Shown here in pieces: positions 47,238-55,274 of a stretch of 55,274 nt of DNA. The stretch is from Gemmatimonadota bacterium (GTDB lineage: Bacteria > Latescibacterota > UBA2968 > UBA8231). The notes below the pieces were generated by a model. That model searched no databases, was not told the origin of the DNA, and saw only the letters and a program-made list of their open reading frames with translations. A program made the translations under genes and the position numbers. Position 1 is the stretch's first letter, and every line of letters starts with the position of its first letter. Location of the stretch: contig JAYPJE010000012.1 of NCBI GenBank assembly GCA_038128265.1, positions 37,333-92,606 on the forward strand, given 5' to 3'.

Positions 47238-48161
47238 CTACAAATCGATGGCGTGTTGGGCGATATAGGCGTCGATATCGGCGCGGCTCATGGAGCCGGT
47301 AAAGGTGCCGCCCGGTGGCATGTAATAAAAGTATTCGGCGTAGTTCAAACCGTAGGGTTGGCCCATGCGCTCGTACTCGTTGAGGCCGAAGAGACGGATA
47401 TACTGGCGGTCAGCCGTCTCGTCATCGTCGCCCAATTCCGGAAGCTGTTTGCCCTCTGCGGCCAGTCGCTCCTTGAGGCGGCGGCCGTGTGAGCCGGCCG
47501 GTCCCTGCGATTTATTGGCGCTCATCGAAGCAATTTTCTCTTCTAAGTACGGCTCAATATCGACGGCCGTGTTATACGGCTGACCCGGTCTCATCGTCCA
47601 ATAATAGATGTCTTTGACCCCGTATGGCTGCAGTCCGCAGGCAATGTGTTCAGGGTAGTCCTTGCTCATACCGGCCATCCAGCGCGCCGCTTCGACGGCC
47701 TGCCCGGTTATGTAGTGGTCGGGGTTTTCCTCCCAGTGTCCCCAGGGACTGAAAGTGGTAATGGTGTCGATTTTCAGTGCGCGAATAAGGTAGACTAAGC
47801 GCGCGCGCAGTTCGATGGGAGAGGCTTCGTCGAGAAAGTGGTTGCGGTAGCTCAGGTGAATGACCTGCTTAAAGCCGAGCTCTTTGGCCAGCACGTCGAT
47901 TTCTTCCTCGTTGCGGCGAATGGTGTCGCCAATGCTGGGCGTGGGGCCGCACTTCTCATCGTTGGTGGTCTGGATCAAGTAGGCAGTATAGCCTTCGTCG
48001 ACGAGCTTGGCGACGAGTCCGGCGCAGAAAAAGGGAATATCGTCGGCGTGCGCCTGCACGGCGGCCAGCACTTTGCCGGCGTGCGGTTTGCCCTGCTGCT
48101 TTTTTTCTACGGTGACATCGCCAATGGCTTCATACCATGGTGTGCGCGGGTCGGATGACAT
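47238..48161 (-). CDS. PIG-L family deacetylase
   Basis: QAHADD and NPDH motifs. Start MSSDPR. Confidence 0.88.
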   Translation of the reverse strand: MSSDPRTPWYEAIGDVTVEKKQQGKPHAGKVLAAVQAHADDIPFFCAGLVAKLVDEGYTAYLIQTTNDEKCGPTPSIGDTIRRNEEEIDVLAKELGFKQVIHLSYRNHFLDEASPIELRARLVYLIRALKIDTITTFSPWGHWEENPDHYITGQAVEAARWMAGMSKDYPEHIACGLQPYGVKDIYYWTMRPGQPYNTAVDIEPYLEEKIASMSANKSQGPAGSHGRRLKERLAAEGKQLPELGDDDETADRQYIRLFGLNEYERMGQPYGLNYAEYFYYMPPGGTFTGSMSRADIDAYIAQHAIDL

Positions 48162-48312
48162 GAGGGAAGGCTCCTTTGTAGAGGATGGCGGCAACCGAGT
48201 GCTAAGTCTGCTCTGCGCACGAAGCGATGTCAAGCGCAACGGGAGCGGCTATTTGATCAGCGGACAAAGTCGGATATACTTGAAGGCCAACGACAAGCGA
48301 TAGGAGCTCGCC

Positions 48313-49167
48313 ATGAAACTCTGCTGCACCTCTGTGATGTTGCCGCGCTGGACGCTGGACGAAACCTTTGACCAACTCGCGGCCGCTGGCTACGACGCCG
48401 TCGAGCTGCGCTGCCGCTACAACCCAGAAGACGAAAATGCCGAGCCGGCTTTTTGGGGACGACACCTTTCCGACGTTAGCCCCGACACTATCGTCGACAA
48501 GGCGCCGGCCATTCGCGCGGCATCAGAGCGCAGCGGAGTGCAGGTCGCCGCGCTGGCGCCCAACGTTCAGATTGGCCAAGACGAAACCATTCGCAAGATC
48601 TTTGCCGGCGCTGTAGCTATCAACCCGGACAGCCCGCCCATGGTGCGCATCGGCGCGCCGCGCCACGACCGCACGCAGCCCTATATGCCGCAGTTTTTGG
48701 CAGCGCGCAGCGGCTTTGCCGACCTGGTCGAAATGGCGCGCGAGTGCGGCGTGAAGGTGCTCTATGAAATTCACGTCGGCACGGTGGCCGTGAGCTGTTC
48801 GCGCACGCTGGAACTGCTGCGCGATTTGGATCCACAGCACATCGGCGCGATTTACGATGTGCCGAATATGCTGCGCGTCGGTCTGGAAGATTCGCGCATG
48901 GGCATGGAGATTCTCGGGCCCTACCTGGCGCACTGTCACATCGGCAACGGCATTTCCGTTGAGGACGGCACGGACGAAGAGACGGGGCGCCGCAAGTGGA
49001 AGTGGACTTTTAGCGACGTGCGCGAAGGCGTGGCCGATATTGCGCAGATCGTCGGCGATCTAAAGAGCGTTGGCTATGCAGGCTGCCTGTCGCTAGAGGA
49101 GTTCGGCCCGGGCGACGACGCGGAGAAAATTGCGAGCCAGGGCGCGTGGATTCGCCGCTGGATGTAG
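48313..49167 (+). CDS. Sugar phosphate isomerase/epimerase (xylose isomerase-like TIM barrel)
   Basis: GYDAVEL, YEIH, YDVPN, HCH and GY.G.LSLE. Confidence 0.88.
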   Translation: MKLCCTSVMLPRWTLDETFDQLAAAGYDAVELRCRYNPEDENAEPAFWGRHLSDVSPDTIVDKAPAIRAASERSGVQVAALAPNVQIGQDETIRKIFAGAVAINPDSPPMVRIGAPRHDRTQPYMPQFLAARSGFADLVEMARECGVKVLYEIHVGTVAVSCSRTLELLRDLDPQHIGAIYDVPNMLRVGLEDSRMGMEILGPYLAHCHIGNGISVEDGTDEETGRRKWKWTFSDVREGVADIAQIVGDLKSVGYAGCLSLEEFGPGDDAEKIASQGAWIRRWM

Positions 49168-49182
49168 GGTGTGCAATCGGCC

Positions 49183-49232
49183 AAAAAAATGGGCCATGGG
49201 CGGCCTGTTACGATCGGTCGCCCATGGCCCAT
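49183..49232 (-). terminator. Long hairpin terminator between convergent genes
   Basis: atgggccatgggcggcc / ggtcgcccatggcccat stem (17 bp, 1 mismatch), with an A7 run that gives a U-tract on the minus strand. Confidence 0.75.
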
Positions 49233-49262
49233 ATACTGCGTGCCCAGCAGCGTGCGGCGCGC

Positions 49263-50495
49263 TTAGAAGCTGATAACGGCTTCCAGCATGACGCCGCCGA
49301 AGTCGGCTCCTTCGAGTAGCGTCCCCGTGAAGCCCTCTTCGCTATAGGTCTGCGTTACGTACTCCAGCTTGCTCAGCACGTTGTCGGTCATAAACCAGCC
49401 GGCACCGATATTCAACCGGTCGATGGTGCGCGTGGCTGCTCCGTCCACCTGTTCGCCAGAAACTTGGTTGTAGCGCGCACCGACGTAGATGTCTTCTTCT
49501 TCGCCCAACCGGTAGAGCAGCTCGCTGCCTATGTGGGTGTAGCCGCCGCCCGCATCGGCCCCGTTGGATACGCTTTCCAATAGGCCAAAGAACTCGATGC
49601 CGTTGTATTTGACAAACGGATTGATCATAACGGCGGTTTGATGGGCGTAGCGCGGATTGAAGCGCCCGTCAAAATCACCGCCACCCAAGATGGCATAGTA
49701 GCGTCCGCCTGCTCGGTCACCGCCATACAGATAGTCCCGCGTGCCGCCCGCGCTGCTGCGATACAGGGAGCCCGTCAAGCGCACGCGCAGCGCGTCGTTC
49801 ATCTGCTTGTCGTAGCCGACCTTGCTGTATACAACCAATCCGTTGTCGCCGTCAGTGGGCTTCTGGTTGAGCCGGCCGTTGGTCGCGCCGATCACGGCCA
49901 GAATACCCCCACGGCCCAGATAGCTAACTTCCAAAAAGGGCTCTGTTGTGAACGAGTCCATTATGTAGTTGCCGACAAAGGGGTTGTATAGGGTCTGGGC
50001 GTTGTCCGAGCGGCGGAAATGGGCATCGCCGTAGTTGATGTCGTCCATGCCCACCCGCACGCGCACGACCTGCATCACGTCGGACAAGAGTCCTTCGGAG
50101 ACGAAGTCCAGGTCGTCGATCTGCAAATAGCCGCCCTTTACGTAGGCCTCGGTGTGGTGGCGAGAGGACAGGTAGGTGCGCAGGTGGACGCGCAGGCCCT
50201 TGGCCAGCTGTGCATCTACGTTCTGGTTGGCCGCCGGCAGGTTAAAGTTATTGGCCAATTTATTGGGAAAGACCGAATCCACGGCGCTCTCCTGCGTCAG
50301 GCCCTGAAACTGCAGGGCGAAGTCGCCGCCCAAGCGCACGGCCAATCCCTCAAAGGGCACGTCCTCTTTGGCTACTTCGAATACGTTGATACCGGCTCTG
50401 CCCGCAGGCCTATCGTTGGCAATCTGCTGTGCGACTACTTCCGTGGTCGTGCTCAAGATGCCAAAGAGTGCGATGAATAGTGCGAGTGCATACAT
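49263..50495 (-). CDS. Outer-membrane beta-barrel protein of unknown function (YceI-associated family)
   Basis: Signal peptide, amphipathic beta strands, terminal Phe (EAVISF), LSSRHH and YGDAHFRR motifs. RBS aaaggagga. Confidence 0.8.
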   Translation of the reverse strand: MYALALFIALFGILSTTTEVVAQQIANDRPAGRAGINVFEVAKEDVPFEGLAVRLGGDFALQFQGLTQESAVDSVFPNKLANNFNLPAANQNVDAQLAKGLRVHLRTYLSSRHHTEAYVKGGYLQIDDLDFVSEGLLSDVMQVVRVRVGMDDINYGDAHFRRSDNAQTLYNPFVGNYIMDSFTTEPFLEVSYLGRGGILAVIGATNGRLNQKPTDGDNGLVVYSKVGYDKQMNDALRVRLTGSLYRSSAGGTRDYLYGGDRAGGRYYAILGGGDFDGRFNPRYAHQTAVMINPFVKYNGIEFFGLLESVSNGADAGGGYTHIGSELLYRLGEEEDIYVGARYNQVSGEQVDGAATRTIDRLNIGAGWFMTDNVLSKLEYVTQTYSEEGFTGTLLEGADFGGVMLEAVISF

Positions 50496-50517
50496 GATGT
50501 TTCCTCCTTTATAAGTG

Positions 50518-51105
50518 CTAAGGTTTAACTTCGAGAGAGACCGGGACAAAGAGCATGCTGTATGCAATCTGTACCTGTGGACTGGTCTTTAACATGCCCA
50601 TCATGGCTGTCGGCGGTTTGACTCCGTATTCCGTCATGTCTATTTCGACGGTTCCCGATACATTTAAATCACCGTTGGCGAGTATTCGATACGTGCCAGT
50701 GACGTCGATATCGTTCGACACGCCGGCGAGAGAAAGTTGCCCTGAAACGGCGATGGTGTCGCCGTAAACGCGTGCGGTGCGTTCGCCAGCGTGGAAGCGA
50801 ATCTGCGGGTATGCTTCCGCGTTTAGTGCGTCGCGCGTTTTGGAGTCCATGATCTTCTTTCCGCTCGATATGGATAGGACATCTGCGATGAAAGTCAGGC
50901 TGTCGGCGCCGACGAGTGCTCCATCTTCAGCATGAAAGCGCGCCGTTACCGCGAAGCTGTCCACGCTGCTTTCCCAGGCGTGAATGGATGAGTTACCCAG
51001 GATGGAGACGCTGCTCTCATCGGTTGCCAACCTGTAGTCCACTTCGGCCATCGCCGAAGACCAGGTCGACAGCAGCGCCACACCAACGATAAACCATCTC
51101 ATCAT
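50518..51105 (-). CDS. YceI family exported lipid/isoprenoid-binding protein
   Basis: Signal peptide, G.SSIH.W, ALNA..YP.I.F, G.L.LAG and MTEYGVKPP. Confidence 0.85.
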   Translation of the reverse strand: MMRWFIVGVALLSTWSSAMAEVDYRLATDESSVSILGNSSIHAWESSVDSFAVTARFHAEDGALVGADSLTFIADVLSISSGKKIMDSKTRDALNAEAYPQIRFHAGERTARVYGDTIAVSGQLSLAGVSNDIDVTGTYRILANGDLNVSGTVEIDMTEYGVKPPTAMMGMLKTSPQVQIAYSMLFVPVSLEVKP

Positions 51106-51137
51106 ACCACCTTCTTTCTCTTCGTTCACGTGCGTGC

Positions 51138-51236
51138 CTACAGGCTCTTGTACATCAGGACGAAGATGCCCCAGACAAAGGCGAAGAGCGCTGGTAAGAA
51201 GATTTCTTTTAGAAGAAAGGGCGCTTTGTGTTTCAC
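51138..51236 (-). CDS. Small membrane protein, 32 aa (MKHKAPFLLKEIFLPALFAFVWGIFVLMYKSL)
   Basis: GTG 5 nt after AAAGGAGG. Single hydrophobic helix. First ORF after a sigma54 promoter. Confidence 0.6.
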   Translation of the reverse strand: MKHKAPFLLKEIFLPALFAFVWGIFVLMYKSL

Positions 51237-51292
51237 GATGGCCTCCTTTGCCAAGGGTGTTGTTCGCTCTAATGCGGCGTCAGATAGCCTTA

Positions 51293-51309
51293 TGCAAGGG
51301 GTGTGCCAA
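51293..51309 (-). promoter_or_regulatory. Sigma54 -24/-12 promoter
   Basis: Minus strand TTGGCAC-ACCCC-TTGCA with exact spacing. Very AT-rich tract 51320-51385 upstream. Confidence 0.8.
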
Positions 51310-51682
51310 CGGAAACACACTGTATTTAATTAAATGTAAGATTTTGTAAATAATATACTTGAGAATAATTTAAATTTATCACTTAGGTCGTGTGAGCCAT
51401 ATCAATGTGACGCAAAGGTCCCGTGTGAGACGAAAAAGACACACCACATGTATCAATTTATACGCGATGGACTCGAATGGATCTGCTGCAGGGAGTTCTG
51501 CTGTAGTGATTTTTGTCGCCGATCGGCGGGTCGCTATCGGGGTGCGGGCTGATTTGCTGTGCCTCGGACGGGGGTGCGGGCATGTCGCATGGTCTGCGAA
51601 TAGGCCCTATCAAAGCGCTTATCAATTTCTCGCTTGGTTGTGCACTGAGCCGGTGTTGGGTCTATTGGCCAGTGAAGGCACT

Positions 51683-51691
51683 TGCTATAAT
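51683..51691 (+). promoter_or_regulatory. Extended -10 promoter candidate
   Basis: TG-C-TATAAT about 185 nt upstream of the divergent YceI-like gene. Confidence 0.35.
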
Positions 51692-51875
51692 AGAGGTATA
51701 GATCGTTCGACATCTGTTATTATTGCGGGGAAGCGGCGCGGTCTTTTCGCCAGCAGGTGGTCTGACCGCTCTGCACGCAGCCCGTCGTGCTGCCGTTTGA
51801 TCGCTAAGTCGTTCTGGACACCCATAGATGCGGTTGGTCGAACGATTCCGAAGTCTTTACCCTAAGCTTTTTTGA

Positions 51876-52457
51876 ATGTCCTTTATGCGGATAGTCGCAC
51901 CTCTATTTGTGTTGGTTTTTTGCTGGACCTGCTTTGGCAGAGCGGCCGATCGCGTCGAAACGGTTCTTGCCGAAGACAGTGCGTTAGAAATTCGCGGGCG
52001 CTCCAATATAACGGGCTTTGCGTGCGAATACACCGAGTCGATCAGTTCGGATACGCTGGTGCACTGGGTGCTGCTGGACGACGCCGTGCGCGTGACGCAG
52101 GCCCACCCCATCAAGCTGCAAGTCCGGGCATTTGACTGCGGCAATCGGTTTATCACGCGCGATCTGCGGCGCACGCTGCAAAGCGATCGCTTTCCCCACA
52201 TGCAGCTGCGCCTGCATCAACTAGATATTGCCGACACGACGCCCTTTTCCGCGCAGGTGTACGTATCGATGGTCGGCGTCGAGCGCCTGTGCACCGTGAC
52301 CGTAGAAGAGGTTGTGCGCGATGCGCATGGCCTGCGCGTGCGCGGTGTCGGACAAATCGACCTGAGCGCGTTCTCTATCCGACCGGTTTCGTCGATGTGG
52401 GGGCTGCTGCGCGTCGACGAACGCATCGACATCGCGTTTGATTTGCTGCTGCGCTAA
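51876..52457 (+). CDS. YceI-like exported protein
   Basis: Signal peptide, S.L.I.G.SNI..F.C, FDCGN..I..D...TL....FP and F.I.P....GL..V. Confidence 0.8.
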   Translation: MSFMRIVAPLFVLVFCWTCFGRAADRVETVLAEDSALEIRGRSNITGFACEYTESISSDTLVHWVLLDDAVRVTQAHPIKLQVRAFDCGNRFITRDLRRTLQSDRFPHMQLRLHQLDIADTTPFSAQVYVSMVGVERLCTVTVEEVVRDAHGLRVRGVGQIDLSAFSIRPVSSMWGLLRVDERIDIAFDLLLR

Positions 52458-52512
52458 TGGGCTTGTCAGACGCTAGACGTTGCTGACACAATAGATGTGT
52501 TACTGGGTAGCA

Positions 52513-54048
52513 CTAGCAGAGCCAGTTGGTGCGGTCCATGCTGCGGTATTGAATGGCTTCGGCCAGGTGGTGCGGGGCGATGTGCGGGGCGCTCTCTACG
52601 TCGGCGATGGTGCGCGCCACTTTGCGAATGCGATCGTAGGCACGCGCCGAAAGGCCCAAGCGCTCCACCGCCGTAGCCAGCAGGGCCTCACCCGCTTTGC
52701 AGAGCCCGCAGTGCGCTTCCAGGTGGCGCGGCCCCATGTGCGCATTGCAGTAGATACCTTCCTCGACAAAGCGCTCTATCTGCCGTTGGCGGGCCGCGTT
52801 GACGCGGTGGCGCACGGCCTGCGAACGCTCGCCGCCTTCGCCCTGGCGCAGGTCGGCATAGTCTAGGGCCGGCACTTCTACGTGCAGGTCAAAGCGGTCG
52901 AGCAGCGGGCCCGACAGGCGAGCGCGATAGCGCCGCACCTGGGCCGGCGTGCAGTGGCAGCGCCGTCGGGCATCGCCGGCGTAGCCGCACGCACAGGGGT
53001 TCATGGCGGCTACCAGCATGAAGCGGGCCGGATAGGACAGGCTGAGCTGGGCGCGGGCAATGGTCACCGAGCGGTCCTCTAGCGGCTGGCGCAGCGCTTC
53101 GATGACGTCCTTGCGAAACTCGGGCAGCTCGTCTAAAAAGAGCACGCCGTGGTGGGCTAGGGACACTTCGCCCGGGCGCGGATAGGTGCCTCCGCCGATA
53201 AGGCCTGCGGCGGAAATCGAGTGGTGAGGCGCGCGGAAGGGACGCGCGGCGACGAGCGCTTGCTGGGGCGGCAGCACGCCGGCGACGGAGTGAATCTGCG
53301 TGGTGTCCAGCGCTTCTTCCAAGGTGAAATCGGGCAGTATGGTGGGCAGGCGCCGCGCCAGCAGCGTTTTGCCCGAACCCGGCGTGCCGACGAAAAACAG
53401 GTTGTGGTTGCCCGCCGCGGCAATTTCTAGGGCGCGCTTGGCATGCGCCTGTCCCTTCACTTCTGAAAGATCTATATCGCCGGCCGTTTGCTTTGCAAAG
53501 ACCGCTTCTATATCCAATGCGTAGGGCCGCATTCGCGCGCTGCCTTCGAGGACCTCGACCGCCTCGTGCAGCGTAGCGGCGCCGTATACCAGCGGACTGC
53601 CGGCGGTAGCGGCCTCGCGCGCATTGGGCGTTGGCACGACCAGTCCGTAGAGCGCGCTCTGGCGCAGGCCCAGCGCCATGGACAGCGCGCCGTGGATGGG
53701 GCGCACGGTGCCGTCTAGCGAAAGCTCGCCGAGAAAGGCAAAGTCCGACAGGCGCGCGGGGCGTATCTGCCGCGAGGCGATGAGAATGCCCAGCGCGATG
53801 GGCAGGTCGAACGCGCTGCCCTCTTTGCGGCGATTGGCCGGCGCGAGGTTGACGGTGACGCGTTTGCGCGGCCACTGAAAGCCGCTGTTGCGAATGGCGG
53901 CCAGCACGCGCTCTTTGCTCTCGCGCACGGCGCTGTCGGGCAGGCCGACGACGGTGAAGGTGGGCAACGAGCGGTCGGTGTCGACTTCGACGTGGACGGG
54001 ATAGGCGTCGATGCCGTGCGTGGCGGCCGAGAGCACAGTGGATGGCAT
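52513..54048 (-). CDS. comM: ComM/YifB Mg-chelatase-like AAA+ ATPase
   Basis: VGLPDSAVRES.ERV, NLAPA..KEGS.FDL, G.PGSGKT, RAPHHS, GEVSLAH.GVLFLDE, NPC.CG and LSARAY. Start MPSTVL at 54048. Confidence 0.95.
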   Translation of the reverse strand: MPSTVLSAATHGIDAYPVHVEVDTDRSLPTFTVVGLPDSAVRESKERVLAAIRNSGFQWPRKRVTVNLAPANRRKEGSAFDLPIALGILIASRQIRPARLSDFAFLGELSLDGTVRPIHGALSMALGLRQSALYGLVVPTPNAREAATAGSPLVYGAATLHEAVEVLEGSARMRPYALDIEAVFAKQTAGDIDLSEVKGQAHAKRALEIAAAGNHNLFFVGTPGSGKTLLARRLPTILPDFTLEEALDTTQIHSVAGVLPPQQALVAARPFRAPHHSISAAGLIGGGTYPRPGEVSLAHHGVLFLDELPEFRKDVIEALRQPLEDRSVTIARAQLSLSYPARFMLVAAMNPCACGYAGDARRRCHCTPAQVRRYRARLSGPLLDRFDLHVEVPALDYADLRQGEGGERSQAVRHRVNAARQRQIERFVEEGIYCNAHMGPRHLEAHCGLCKAGEALLATAVERLGLSARAYDRIRKVARTIADVESAPHIAPHHLAEAIQYRSMDRTNWLC

Positions 54049-54174
54049 GGCAGCTTCTTTCCGTAAGGTGGCGCGGAAAGAGCAACAAGAACTGTGCCGG
54101 GCGGATGGGTTCTCTGAAAGTGAATGCCGAGGTGAGGACGAGCGCGTCACCTGCAGGTGACATGGGCGCTACGC
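54045..54174. repeat. 130-bp direct repeat, copy A (comM leader)
   Basis: Identical to 54990-55119 except at one position (54167 C vs 55112 T). Confidence 0.95.
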
Positions 54175-54205
54175 GGATTACATGGCCATGGCCGTCCGAT
54201 GGGAT

Positions 54206-54583
54206 TTACGCTGCGATCACAGAAATCCCGTATTGCCTGATAGAGGTATCGCGGGTCACCAGCGTTAGGTCCTCTATTTTAGCCTGTACGATCATCATGC
54301 GGTCAAATGGGTCCTGATGAACCGGCGGCAGGGCGGCAACGGCCAGAGCGTGCGGAATGGTTATGGGCAGCGATAGGAAATGCTCTTCGGCCATGACCTC
54401 CTCGAGATTGTCCGGGGCATCCAATTTGCCAAGCGCCTTTTTGATGGCGATTTCCCACGCTGCAGCGGCGCTGACAAATACCAGATTATCGCTTTCGGCA
54501 ATGGCGTTAAAAGCTTCTTCGGAGAGGACGTTGGGATCGTCAAACCACCAGAGGACTACGTGGGTGTCGAGAAGCACATTCAC
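54206..54583 (-). CDS. vapC: PIN-domain (VapC) toxin
   Basis: LLDTH, WEIAIK..LGKL, H.DPFDR and LVTRD. Confidence 0.93.
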   Translation of the reverse strand: MNVLLDTHVVLWWFDDPNVLSEEAFNAIAESDNLVFVSAAAAWEIAIKKALGKLDAPDNLEEVMAEEHFLSLPITIPHALAVAALPPVHQDPFDRMMIVQAKIEDLTLVTRDTSIRQYGISVIAA

Positions 54584-54819
54584 GGCGTTTCACCCTTGAA
54601 TGCAGCGGCTAAGCCCTCGGGCAACTGATCGAAGTCAGCGGCGACGTTGACCTTTCCACGCCACTGACCTCCCTGCCGTCGCGCTTGGCTGGGCGCGTAT
54701 TGCACGAGTTTGGCAACGGGTTTACCCGCCTTGCAGATGACGACCTCTTCGCCCTGCAGGACGCACTCTATGAGCTTTGATAGATGCGTCTTGGCTTGGT
54801 GTATATTGGTGGATCGCAT
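54580..54819 (-). CDS. Phd/YefM-family antitoxin
   Basis: NIHQAKTHLSKLI...GEEVVI.KAGKPVAKL. Overlaps the toxin start by 4 nt. Confidence 0.92.
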   Translation of the reverse strand: MRSTNIHQAKTHLSKLIECVLQGEEVVICKAGKPVAKLVQYAPSQARRQGGQWRGKVNVAADFDQLPEGLAAAFKGETP

Positions 54820-54844
54820 GAGGAGTTCCTTTGTGAAACACTAG

Positions 54845-54866
54845 ATTAGCTAACATTAGCTAATGT
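54845..54866. promoter_or_regulatory. Putative TA operator (tandem TTAGCTAA palindromes)
   Basis: attagctaac-attagctaat tandem, including the perfect 14-bp palindrome acattagctaatgt, 25-47 nt upstream of the antitoxin. Confidence 0.65.
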
Positions 54867-54912
54867 ATAACATAATATCGATGGTATGTAAGAGGCAACG
54901 TCCCGTGTATCG

Positions 54913-54993
54913 CTTTCGCCGATCGGCCGGCGCGAGGTTGACGGTGACGCGTTTGCGCGGCTACTGGAAGCCGCTGTTGCGAATGGCGGGCAT
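54913..54993 (-). pseudogene. Degenerate duplicate of the comM 5' end
   Basis: Reads MPAIRNSGFQ*PRKRVTVNLAPADRRK. Has a 144-nt in-frame deletion relative to comM and a TGG to TAG stop. Confidence 0.85.
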
Positions 54994-55119
54994 GGCAGCT
55001 TCTTTCCGTAAGGTGGCGCGGAAAGAGCAACAAGAACTGTGCCGGGCGGATGGGTTCTCTGAAAGTGAATGCCGAGGTGAGGACGAGCGCGTCACCTGCA
55101 GGTGACATGGGTGCTACGC
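54990..55119. repeat. 130-bp direct repeat, copy B
   Basis: Matches 54045-54174 with one mismatch. Confidence 0.95.
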
Positions 55120-55163
55120 AGCCTACACGGGCGGCGAATCCACGCAGGTTTTGCCCTTTATGC

Positions 55164-55193
55164 TTGCCTGCAGAAATAGTATCGTCCTATACT
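55164..55193 (+). promoter_or_regulatory. Sigma70 promoter candidate for a gene running off the right edge
   Basis: TTGCCT-N18-TATACT. An open frame from ATG 55237 runs to the window end. Confidence 0.35.
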
Positions 55194-55274
55194 TCGTCGT
55201 GTCGCCGCATTGGACCTCCAACAGCCGATCGAAGTTATGAATAAATACCAGCAGATCTCCCTTCAGATACGCCT

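Noticed and set aside
51392..51865. 157-aa ORF in the divergent yceI intergenic region
   Set aside because: No RBS, overlaps the candidate regulatory sites and is not protein-like.
52889..55108. Two ORFs sharing the N-terminus MSPAGDALVLTS (52889-54163 and 54860-55108)
   Set aside because: An artefact of the 130-bp repeat. The long one is an off-frame shadow of comM.
54045..55119. Possible IS element or CRISPR suggested by the direct repeats
   Set aside because: Only two long copies, no spacers, and no transposase, integrase or terminal inverted repeats.

Overview
GC-rich bacterial chromosomal window with no rRNA, tRNA, CRISPR array or intact mobile element that I could find. The gene content (discoidin/FlgD-type secreted protein, DUF6785-like membrane protein, many sugar-acid, sulfatase and PhyH enzymes) suggests an uncultured FCB-type heterotroph such as Latescibacterota, which is an inference. 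It encodes about 45 proteins, including a Na+-pumping oxaloacetate-type decarboxylase (oadG-oadB-oadA) facing birA, uup, ugd, a uxuA-like gene, two hybrid histidine kinases and comM. The most interesting non-obvious signals are: (1) a candidate sigma28-driven ~280-nt structured sRNA at ~37990-38270 with repeated GGA/GGAGG motifs and a CUCCUCCC terminator loop; (2) a stand-alone 99-aa FlhA cytoplasmic-domain-like gene with its own canonical sigma54 promoter and downstream hairpin; (3) a sigma54-driven operon of a 32-aa membrane peptide, a YceI protein and a His-motif outer-membrane barrel, with a divergent second YceI-like gene; (4) a VapBC-type toxin-antitoxin pair between the intact comM 5' region and a decayed, sequence-divergent duplicate of it; (5) a PhyH-family enzyme with a halogenase-like HxG motif.
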